Shown here one piece after another: positions 8,610-18,562 of a stretch of DNA of 29,585 nucleotides. The notes beneath the pieces were generated by a model. The model was not told the DNA's origin. It searched no databases and was given only the letters and a program-made list of their open reading frames with translations. The stretch comes from Acidobacteriota bacterium (GTDB lineage: Bacteria > Acidobacteriota > Thermoanaerobaculia > Multivoradales > UBA5704), in contig JBDTZG010000061.1 of assembly GCA_040005235.1 (NCBI GenBank), forward strand, positions 1 to 29,585, read 5' to 3'. Each line of letters starts with the position of its first letter. Position 1 is the first letter of the stretch. Position numbers and translations under genes: made by a program.

Positions 8610-11250
8610 AAGCCGCCCCGGCGATTCCTGCGATCGCCAGCGCGGCCAGGCACCACCCGGCGATCGGCCCGGCCGGACCCAAAGTGCGAAGGAATCGGAC
8701 GGATCCTCCGGTCACCACCGGCGGCGCTTCGCCGATCAGGATGAACGCCGACCAGACCCCTGGCCGGTCCCAGCCCGGAGTGGCGAGCAGTCGTCGCTTG
8801 GTCGCGGCGAGCGCCTCGGCGGGCGGCAGCCCCCGGGCGAGCTGGGCGTAGAACTGGCCCATGAACACGGCGGTCGCCTGATCGCCAACGTCCCACAGGC
8901 TCGCGACCACCCCCGAAACTCCCGCGGCGATAAACGCGCCGGAAAGCGACGAAAGCGCGCCCGCGCCACGTCTCTGGAAATCGCCCCCGAGGGCGGTGCT
9001 GCACGCCGAAAGGACCGCGAGATCGGCATGCACCGGCCGGGCGGCGATCTCGGCCGGATCGAGCAGGCCGTCGTCCTCTCCGGATGGCGTGAGCAGGATC
9101 GCGGCCCCGCGCCCGGCCCGCTCGTCGAGGACCGTGTGGGTAGCGAAATGAAGCACCCGCGCGCCGCGGTTCGACTGCGCGCGGAAAGCCGCTTCGGTCG
9201 CCCGTTCGCCGAGAAAGCTCGAATCCGGATCGCCCGGCCGGCCGGTCATGAGCGGCTCGACCTCCGCGATCTCGCGCGCCGCCCCAGGGAGCGCATGAAG
9301 CGAGAAGCGCGCGGTGAGAAGAGCCAGGGGAGACGAAGAGGTCGCCGTAGTTTTCGGGACGCCCGGAGCGGGCGGAGAGGCTGGAGCGGGCGGGAGCGGT
9401 GCGCCGAAGCCCAGGAAAGCGCGCGAGGGGTGCGATGCCGGCCGGGCGGCGAGCGCCAGCGCCACCGCCGCGCTCGGCAGATAGGAGACCGCGACCTTGC
9501 CGATCAACGGCTCGTTCGTGCCGGGTAAGGGCAGCAGCTCGAACGGCAGATAGCGCAGCTCGCCGTCGGGCGCGATTCGCAGGCGGGATATGCCGGCAAG
9601 CTCGCCGAGCTGCCCGAGCAGGGTGGCGCTCAAGGCGGCCAGGTCGGAGGCTGCCGGCGAGCGGCCCGCTGCCAGCTCGCGGTGGACCCGCCGGACGGCG
9701 AGCAGCGTCGGCGCGCTCGGACCGAGGTCGAACAGCTGGATCTTCGAGCCCGCCGCGTCGGCCGTGCCCAGACGCCAGAGGTAGAGGTTTCCCTCGGCCA
9801 CGAAGTATTCGAGCACCGGTTCAGCGGGGGAGCCGGAGCGCGCGAGCGCCGCGAGGTTCAGGGCTTTCGACCTCGCGAGGGATTCCGGATTCGCCGAAGA
9901 AACGCCGAGAGCGTCGACCAGCTCGCGGGCCTTGGCGCGTTCGACCAGGAGCAGCGCGCGGCCCGCGGCTTGGCCATCGCCAGCGAGGGCGCTCCGGGCC
10001 TCGATCGCGACCGCCGTTTCGTAGACCGAGCGATGGTCGCCGAAGTAACTCGCCTGGAGCCTTTTCGCGCCGATCTCGTCGCGCGTCGCCTCGATCTCGG
10101 CGAGCGCCTGGTCGAGCTGATTTCGGGCCTTTGCCAAATCGCCGCGTGCGGCGGCGATCCGGCCGAGCCCTTCGCGCGCCGACCACCGCCCCTCGGCTGA
10201 GCCGCTCGCTACGGCAGACTTCAAGCAGCGGGAAAAAGCATCTTCCGCCTCGCCCAAGCGCCCTTCTTCGATCAGTAGGCGGCCGAGGTAAAAGAGATCC
10301 TGGATCTCCTCGGATTGGTCGCCGCTCGCCTGGGCGAGCTTAAGCGCGGTGCGGAAGTCGACCTCCGCGCCGGGCCGGTCGTTCAGGTTCAAGTGGCGGG
10401 CAAGCCCCAGGTTGAGCGCCACGTTCGAGGCGCCGGCCCGGTCGCCCGCCTGAGCGTAGAGCTTCGCGGCCTCTGTAAACGCCGCGATCGCCCGGCGCGG
10501 GTCGCCTAGGTTGCGATAGAGCACGCCGGCGTTGGCGGCGATCGAAGCGCGCAGGCGGGGATCGAGATCGCCTCCCGTACTTCCCGTCCCTTGGACCCCG
10601 AGCAGGTCGCGGTAGAGCGCGAGCGCCTCTTCATAGGCGCCCAGCTTTTCGAGCACCACCCCTTCGTTGATCCGCGCGATCCGAATCTGATCCGCCGCCC
10701 AGGGCTCGGCCGCATGCCGGGCCGCTACCGCCGCGGCCTCCCGGTAAGCTTCGAGCGCCCGCCCATAGCGCCCCGACTCGGTCGCGGCGACGCCCAGATT
10801 CGCGAGGTTGATCTCTTCCCCTTCGGCGTCGCCCCCCTGTCGATTGAGCCCAAGCGCGTCGCGAAAGCTCGTTTCGGCCTCCTCGGTCCTACCGAGCGAC
10901 TGAAGCGACCGGCCCCGATTGTTGAGCGCTCGGGCGAGCAGAATCGGATCCTTGCCCAGCCGCCGCAGTCGCACCGCCGCTGTGCATTCGACCAGCGCGC
11001 CGCGAAAGTCCCCTCGGTCGTTCAGGATCGCGCACGCGTTGTTGCGCGCCGTCCCCGCCGATTCGGGATCGATCTTCTCCAAAGCCGGAGCCGCCACCCG
11101 ATACGCCGCGAGAGCTTCGTCGAGCCGGCCGTTCTCATGAAACGTGAGCGCACGGTCGAAGAGGGCCAGGGGAGGCTCGGCCGCTTGGACTTGGGAGGGG
11201 GACGAGTAGAGGATCAACAGCGCCGGCAGGAGAACGCGGGGCCGGAGCAT
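8566..11250 (-). CDS. TPR-repeat + CHAT (caspase-like) protease with signal peptide and C-terminal membrane anchor
   Basis: Signal peptide MLRPRVLLPALLILYSSPSQVQA, multiple TPRs (ALNNRG, LANLG, ALNLG), ERAKARE, APDGELRYLPFE, catalytic HFATH and VLSACST, SLWDV, and a TM helix followed by RSIRR. Start placed at ATG 11250. The 3' end overlaps the convergent halogenase gene by 44 bp. Confidence 0.85.
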   Translation of the reverse strand: MLRPRVLLPALLILYSSPSQVQAAEPPLALFDRALTFHENGRLDEALAAYRVAAPALEKIDPESAGTARNNACAILNDRGDFRGALVECTAAVRLRRLGKDPILLARALNNRGRSLQSLGRTEEAETSFRDALGLNRQGGDAEGEEINLANLGVAATESGRYGRALEAYREAAAVAARHAAEPWAADQIRIARINEGVVLEKLGAYEEALALYRDLLGVQGTGSTGGDLDPRLRASIAANAGVLYRNLGDPRRAIAAFTEAAKLYAQAGDRAGASNVALNLGLARHLNLNDRPGAEVDFRTALKLAQASGDQSEEIQDLFYLGRLLIEEGRLGEAEDAFSRCLKSAVASGSAEGRWSAREGLGRIAAARGDLAKARNQLDQALAEIEATRDEIGAKRLQASYFGDHRSVYETAVAIEARSALAGDGQAAGRALLLVERAKARELVDALGVSSANPESLARSKALNLAALARSGSPAEPVLEYFVAEGNLYLWRLGTADAAGSKIQLFDLGPSAPTLLAVRRVHRELAAGRSPAASDLAALSATLLGQLGELAGISRLRIAPDGELRYLPFELLPLPGTNEPLIGKVAVSYLPSAAVALALAARPASHPSRAFLGFGAPLPPAPASPPAPGVPKTTATSSSPLALLTARFSLHALPGAAREIAEVEPLMTGRPGDPDSSFLGERATEAAFRAQSNRGARVLHFATHTVLDERAGRGAAILLTPSGEDDGLLDPAEIAARPVHADLAVLSACSTALGGDFQRRGAGALSSLSGAFIAAGVSGVVASLWDVGDQATAVFMGQFYAQLARGLPPAEALAATKRRLLATPGWDRPGVWSAFILIGEAPPVVTGGSVRFLRTLGPAGPIAGWCLAALAIAGIAGAAFRSIRRPAPDDAKT

Positions 11251-11284
11251 GGGACCGATGCGAGCCGAGGCGAAGGGCTGGCTG

Positions 11285-11527
11285 TCAGGAGAGGTTGGGG
11301 GCGACCAGGAGCTGGTCGAGATCTTTGAAGTAACGCTGATGGGTCCGGTGAAGCGCTCCCTGGCTTTTCGCCTCCAGAAGGACGACTTCATGGTCGACCC
11401 CCCTGCGGTTGAGGTCCAGCTCCATTTCCAGTCGCGAGTCTTCGGCCTCTCGACGGCGAGAGTCGTCGAAGTCCTGGAACGTGACGACGAGGCCCTCGGG
11501 GCGGTTGTATTCGATGAGGAAGATCAT
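11285..11527 (-). CDS. Small putative antitoxin resembling the CapRel C-terminal / ATphRel-type domain
   Basis: 80 aa with the pattern FLIEY...F...A...LE...EVVLLEA.S..L.RTHxRYF.D. Its ATGA overlaps the stop of the upstream RelA/SpoT-domain gene. Confidence 0.7.
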   Translation of the reverse strand: MIFLIEYNRPEGLVVTFQDFDDSRRREAEDSRLEMELDLNRRGVDHEVVLLEAKSQGALHRTHQRYFKDLDQLLVAPNLS

Positions 11528-12294
11528 TGCGTGGTTCTTTTTAGCTCATCCAGGTGCGAGATCGCCCGGGTCAATAGGGACTGCGTTTCATTCCGCGACC
11601 TTACCAGATCTGTCCGCAGTTGCTCTGTTTCTAGTTTTGAGCGCTCGAGAACTTTTAGCATTTCCTTAGTGGGATCGTGAGAGTATTGCTTGAGGAGCGC
11701 CAATCTCTTCGAGTAGCTTTTCTCGAGTGCCTCGAAAGCGGCAATCGATTTTGAAGATGCTTCCAGAAACTTCTGCCACAAGCTACTGCCTCCCCCGTAC
11801 TTGATCGTTGGATCGATAATGTCGGAGGCTTTCTCTGATACCTCGGCCCAGCCGTGCTGCAGCAATGTTCTCACCTGAATCTCGATAGGCTTATCTGACA
11901 TCTCGACGATTACGTGGATCGCCCGATAGCCATGACTAGGCTTGTCACGGCGATCGATGATGACCGCACCAGGGAAGTCCGCCGCCAGCGCGGGAACGTA
12001 ATCCTCCTGCTCCGCTATGTCCGCGACGATCACCCGGCATCCGGCGATATCCTGCATCTGGCTCAGCCGGATGCTCTCTCGGCGGAGTTTATCCACGATC
12101 GAGAGCGTCGACTTGGCTAGCCTTCCGGTGGGAGCTTGGCCGCGCCGGACGATCTTCTCGACGACAGCTTCGTAAGCCTCTCCGAACGAGCGCCGATAGT
12201 CATCGAGCAATCGAAGGTCGCTCTCGGTCAGGTCGCCGCTTTTCAGGCGATCTCCGAGGCGGTCGATCTGGGTCTTGCTGATGGGCATCTCCAT
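11524..12294 (-). CDS. RelA/SpoT synthetase-domain protein (small alarmone synthetase, CapRel/PhRel-like toxSAS)
   Basis: SKTQIDRLG, RLAKSTLSIVDKL, LSQMQDIAGCR, GYRAIH, EIQVRTLLQHGWAE and IKYG; no hydrolase domain. Start at ATG 12294 (or 12288). Confidence 0.85.
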   Translation of the reverse strand: MEMPISKTQIDRLGDRLKSGDLTESDLRLLDDYRRSFGEAYEAVVEKIVRRGQAPTGRLAKSTLSIVDKLRRESIRLSQMQDIAGCRVIVADIAEQEDYVPALAADFPGAVIIDRRDKPSHGYRAIHVIVEMSDKPIEIQVRTLLQHGWAEVSEKASDIIDPTIKYGGGSSLWQKFLEASSKSIAAFEALEKSYSKRLALLKQYSHDPTKEMLKVLERSKLETEQLRTDLVRSRNETQSLLTRAISHLDELKRTTQ

Positions 12295-12319
12295 TGCTCT
12301 CAATGCTTGCGCTTGCACA

Positions 12320-12724
12320 TCATAGAGTCGCCCAGTCCTCCCATCGAAGGCCAGGGATGCGCGAGAATTCGTTCTGGTTGTGGGTGACCAGCGTGGCCCC
12401 CAGACTCCGAGCGTGGCCGGCGATCTGGAGGTCGTAGGCCCCGATCGGCTTTCCGGCATTGGCCAGCTCGGCGCGAATGGCACCCGAATGAACTGCGGCG
12501 GCGGGAGTCCAGGGGAGGATCTCGACGTTCTCCAGGAAGGCCTGAACGACGCGGCGCAGCGAATCGCCGCGGTCGCTGCGCAGGATCCCAAATTCCAACT
12601 CGAAGACCGTGACGGCGGAAACTTTCAGCTCGCGTACCGAAAAACGTCTCACCCGCTCGACCAGCGCCGGAGTAAAGCGCTTCATTATGTAGCTGCTGAT
12701 GTCGGTGTCGAGAAGGTAGATCAA
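12320..12724 (-). CDS. vapC: PIN-domain toxin (VapC family)
   Basis: YLLDTDI, FELEFG, IGAYDLQIAGHA, LVTHNQNEFSRIPGL. Confidence 0.93.
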   Translation of the reverse strand: MIYLLDTDISSYIMKRFTPALVERVRRFSVRELKVSAVTVFELEFGILRSDRGDSLRRVVQAFLENVEILPWTPAAAVHSGAIRAELANAGKPIGAYDLQIAGHARSLGATLVTHNQNEFSRIPGLRWEDWATL

Positions 12725-12957
12725 AGCGGCGGGCGCTCCTGCGGGGGGAGATCATCGCCAACTTTGAACTCCGGTGGCAAGATGAGTGTGGGGTCGGAAA
12801 AAAATCGATCCCACCCGGCCGTCTCCAGCGGGCGGAGGATCAGAGATTCCCCTTGGCGCTCGATGGTGACGGCATCCGTTTCGAAACTGAGCTCGATCGG
12901 AATGCGGACCGCCTGGTTTCGACCGTTGCGGAAAATTCTGGCGATCGTTTTGGGCAT
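12721..12957 (-). CDS. vapB: AbrB/SpoVT-type antitoxin (VapB/VagC family)
   Basis: ARIFRNGRNQAVRIP...LILRP. Overlaps the vapC start by 4 bp; RBS AAGGA upstream. Confidence 0.9.
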   Translation of the reverse strand: MPKTIARIFRNGRNQAVRIPIELSFETDAVTIERQGESLILRPLETAGWDRFFSDPTLILPPEFKVGDDLPPQERPPL

Positions 12958-12976
12958 TGTCGTTCCTTTTCTCTCT

Positions 12977-13018
12977 AGCCTATGTCGAAAGCATAGGCTG
13001 GCGGGTGAAAGCCGTCAA
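12977..13018 (-). promoter_or_regulatory. Sigma70-type promoter of vapBC with an overlapping inverted-repeat operator
   Basis: Minus strand TTGACG (13018-13013), 17 bp spacer, TATGCT (12995-12990). Inverted repeat agcctatg-N7-cataggct (12977-12999) covers the -10 box. Confidence 0.75.
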
Positions 13019-13056
13019 GGCTCCGCTCCCCGCCTTTCCTGCGATACCATCCGCCC

Positions 13057-13533
13057 ATGAGCCAGGACACCCCCAGCGCGATTCCCCTCGACGCCGCCGG
13101 CAAGAGGTTCGCGATCGTTGCCGCCCGGTTCAATGAACGGATCGTCGATCGTCTGGTCGACGGGGCTCTCGATTGTCTGGTCCGGCATGGGGTCGAGGCG
13201 GCGGAGGTGAGGGTGGTCCGGGTTCCGGGGGCTTGGGAGATCCCTCTCGCGCTCGACGAGTTGGCGCGGTTGGGCGGTTTCGACGGTCTCATCGCGCTCG
13301 GCGCGGTGATTCGCGGCGGGACCCCCCATTTCGACTACGTCTGCTCAGGCTGCGCGAACGGGATCGCCGGAGTGTCCGAGCGGCACCGGCTGCCGGTGGG
13401 ATTCGGCGTCCTGACCTGCGACACCACCGCCCAGGCCGAGGAGCGCGCGGGGGGCGAGGCGGGCAATAAAGGGTGGGACGCCGCTCTCGCCGCGCTCGAA
13501 ATGGCCGACCTGCTTCGTCGGCTGCGCGCTTAA
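13057..13533 (+). CDS. ribH: 6,7-dimethyl-8-ribityllumazine synthase
   Basis: ARFN, VPGAWEIP, LGAVIRGGTPHFDYV, GFGVLT, GNKGWDAA. Confidence 0.96.
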   Translation: MSQDTPSAIPLDAAGKRFAIVAARFNERIVDRLVDGALDCLVRHGVEAAEVRVVRVPGAWEIPLALDELARLGGFDGLIALGAVIRGGTPHFDYVCSGCANGIAGVSERHRLPVGFGVLTCDTTAQAEERAGGEAGNKGWDAALAALEMADLLRRLRA

Positions 13534-13714
13534 AAGGCGCGCCGTTTCCCCCTCGCTTGGGCTATCATTCCGGCCGATCCGAACGGCCGTTTCTCCGCAG
13601 GTTCCCAAAGATCGGCCTCAACCTAGTCTTTAAGTCCAGGCAAACAACGCTCGAAGCGGGGGCTCCTCGATCGGAGCCGCGCTTCTTTTCGTCGAGATCT
13701 TTGAGGCGCGCGAC

Positions 13715-14290
13715 ATGGCAGTGGGCAAGCGGCGCACGGCGCGGGAGATAGCGGTCCAGATGCTCTACCAGCGGGACCTGGGGGGGAGCACCTTGCCGCA
13801 GATCTTCGCAGGGTTCGACCTCGCGGAGTATCTCGCCTCGGAGCGCAGCGACGCCGAGGATTCCGTCGACGAGAACGGTGCGAGCGCGAGCGGTAAGGAT
13901 CCTGCGGGTGAGCCGCAGCCCCGTCGCGAGGCGGTCGCCGCCGTCGCCGCGCGTGCCGCGTCGCCCAAGCGGCGGCGGCAGATCGAAGCGGCGTTCAGCT
14001 ACGCGCAGACCATCGTCCAGGGGGTCGCCGATCATCTGGAGGAGCTCGACGAGCTGATTCGCTCGCGGGCCGACAACTGGCGGCTCGAACGAATGCCTCC
14101 GGTCGATCGGAATATCCTGCGCCTGGCCGTGTTCGAGATGCTCTATGAGAAGGACATCCCCAAGCTCGTGGTGGTCGACGAGGCGATCGAGCTGGCGAAG
14201 AAGTACGGTTCGGAGCAGTCGAGCCGATTCGTCAACGGTCTGTTGGATGGCCTGTTGAAGACCCATTCTTTTCCCGGCAGCTTGAAATAG
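13715..14290 (+). CDS. nusB: Transcription antitermination factor NusB (with internal insertion)
   Basis: [50 protein letters not shown]; conserved ribH-nusB synteny. Confidence 0.94.
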   Translation: MAVGKRRTAREIAVQMLYQRDLGGSTLPQIFAGFDLAEYLASERSDAEDSVDENGASASGKDPAGEPQPRREAVAAVAARAASPKRRRQIEAAFSYAQTIVQGVADHLEELDELIRSRADNWRLERMPPVDRNILRLAVFEMLYEKDIPKLVVVDEAIELAKKYGSEQSSRFVNGLLDGLLKTHSFPGSLK

Positions 14291-14313
14291 CGCCAGAAAA
14301 ACGTTCAAAGGCC

Positions 14314-16854
<2,541 letters not shown>

Positions 16855-16858
16855 AAGA

Positions 16859-17416
16859 ATGAGAGCCACTGGAACTTCGAACCCGTTTCGCTCCCCGATC
16901 GCGCTCGGCCTGTTGGGACTTTTGGGCCTCGCGAGCGTCGTCCTTTCCGGCTGCGGCTACGCGCTGGTCGGCCGGGCGAGCAATCTGCCGCCCAGCATCA
17001 AATCGGTCTATCTACAGCCGTTCACCAACCGCACGCCGCGCCAGCAGGTCGAGCAGGAGCTGACCCGGTCGATCGCCGACGAGCTGGTCACCCGCCAGCG
17101 CTTCTCGCTCGCCTCGGCCGCCGCCGGGGCGGACGCACAGATCGAAGGCAACGTGATCGGCTTCGGCGTCACCCCGGTCACGTTCGACCAGAATGGCCGC
17201 GCCACCGCCTACGAGATTTCGATCGCCGCCGAAGTGAAGTTCAAGAACCTGGCCGACAACAAAGTGATCTGGTCGAACGACCGCTATACCTTCAAAGAGA
17301 GCTATCCGCTCGACGCTTCGAGCGCCAACTACATCGACCGCGAGGACGAAGCGATCCAAAAAGCCGCCAAGCGCTTCGCCGAGGCGATGGTGGGCGACCT
17401 GCTGGAAGGGTTCTAG
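16859..17416 (+). CDS. lptE: LPS assembly lipoprotein LptE-like
   Basis: Lipobox LSGC-GY, SVYLQPFTNRT; classic position directly after leuS. Confidence 0.75.
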   Translation: MRATGTSNPFRSPIALGLLGLLGLASVVLSGCGYALVGRASNLPPSIKSVYLQPFTNRTPRQQVEQELTRSIADELVTRQRFSLASAAAGADAQIEGNVIGFGVTPVTFDQNGRATAYEISIAAEVKFKNLADNKVIWSNDRYTFKESYPLDASSANYIDREDEAIQKAAKRFAEAMVGDLLEGF

Positions 17417-17421
17417 GAGGT

Positions 17422-18468
17422 GTGACCCCCCTCCTGATCGTCTTGGGCGCGACCGCGACCGGCAAGAGCGCGCTCGGGATGGCGCTCGCCGAAGCCCTCG
17501 ACGGCGAGATCGTCAACGCCGACGCGCTCCAGGCGTATCGAGGCTTCGACATCGGCACCGCGAAGCCCAGTCTCGCCGAGCGCGAGCGCATCGCGCACCA
17601 TCTGATCGACATCCTCGACCCGCGCGAGCGGTGGTCGGCGGGCGAGTTCGCCCGCCAGGCTCGCGTCGCGATCTCCGACATCGAGGCGCGCGGGCGCCGG
17701 CCGATCGTGGTCGGCGGCAGCGGCCTCTACCTGCGCGCGCTGCTTTCCGGGATCAGCCCCATCCCGCCGGGCGACGAGGACGTTCGCGCCGAGCTGCGAC
17801 GCCGCCTTGCGGCGGACGGCCTGACTGTCCTGCGGGACGAGCTGGAACGACGCGACCCGGCGAGCCATGCGCGGCTGATGGCGGGCGACACCCAGCGGAT
17901 TCTCCGCGCCCTGGAGGTCGAAATCGTTTCCGGCAGGCCGCAATCGGAGTGGATCGCCGAGCGCCCATTCGGCGAATCTCCGCTCTCGGCTTTGCGCATC
18001 GGTTTGACCCTTCCTCGAAGCGTCTTGTACGATGGCATCGCAGGTCGCGTGGCCCGAATGGTCGAGCAGGGGTGGGTGACGGAAGTGGCTCGACGGCTCG
18101 ATGAGGGGCTCGATCCCGAGTTTCCTCCCTTCCAGGCGATCGGCTACCGCCAGCTTGTCCTTCATGTGCGGGGGAAAATGTCCCTCGCCGAGGCGATCGA
18201 GGAGACGGTTCGTGCGACGCGCCGTTTCGCCAAGAGGCAGGAAACCTGGTTCAGGAAGGAGCCTGAGGTGACCTGGTTTGCAGCCGATTCGCTCGAACGT
18301 CTCGTGCCTTCTGTCCTTGAATTCGCCCGAACCGGCTGGAGGTACCATGCCGAAGCACAACATCAACATCCAGGACGGTTACCTTTTCCAGAGTCTCAAA
18401 GAGGGGCAGACGATGTCCCTGGAGCTGATCACCGGCCGCCAGCTCCTGGGGCGGATGAGGAGATTTGA
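17422..18468 (+). CDS. miaA: tRNA dimethylallyltransferase
   Basis: GATATGKS, DIGTAKP, HHLID, VGGSGLY, RILRALE, QAIGY, FAKRQETWF. The frame runs 122 nt into hfq. Confidence 0.93.
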   Translation: MTPLLIVLGATATGKSALGMALAEALDGEIVNADALQAYRGFDIGTAKPSLAERERIAHHLIDILDPRERWSAGEFARQARVAISDIEARGRRPIVVGGSGLYLRALLSGISPIPPGDEDVRAELRRRLAADGLTVLRDELERRDPASHARLMAGDTQRILRALEVEIVSGRPQSEWIAERPFGESPLSALRIGLTLPRSVLYDGIAGRVARMVEQGWVTEVARRLDEGLDPEFPPFQAIGYRQLVLHVRGKMSLAEAIEETVRATRRFAKRQETWFRKEPEVTWFAADSLERLVPSVLEFARTGWRYHAEAQHQHPGRLPFPESQRGADDVPGADHRPPAPGADEEI

Positions 18469-18562
18469 TCGCTTCGCCGTCGTGCTCGAGACCGAAGGTA
18501 AAGAGATCTTGATCTACAAGCATGCCATCGCCACGATCGCGACGGCCTCTCCTGTCGCTTAA
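18347..18562 (+). CDS. hfq: RNA chaperone Hfq
   Basis: NIQD...G..FD.F.V.L...LIYKHAI (Sm1/Sm2 motifs), GGAGG at 18338-18342, miaA-hfq synteny. Confidence 0.88.
   Translation: MPKHNINIQDGYLFQSLKEGQTMSLELITGRQLLGRMRRFDRFAVVLETEGKEILIYKHAIATIATASPVA

Noticed and set aside
11251-11391. Longer CHAT start at 11391, and longer SAS start at 12591
   Set aside because: They would overlap the antitoxin and vapC genes; the signal peptide and family N-terminal motifs begin at 11250 and 12294.
12960-13714. FMN riboswitch near ribH, or a structured ncRNA in the ribH-nusB gap
   Set aside because: No room upstream of ribH and no recognisable conserved riboswitch motifs; an Rfam scan would be needed to exclude an ncRNA.
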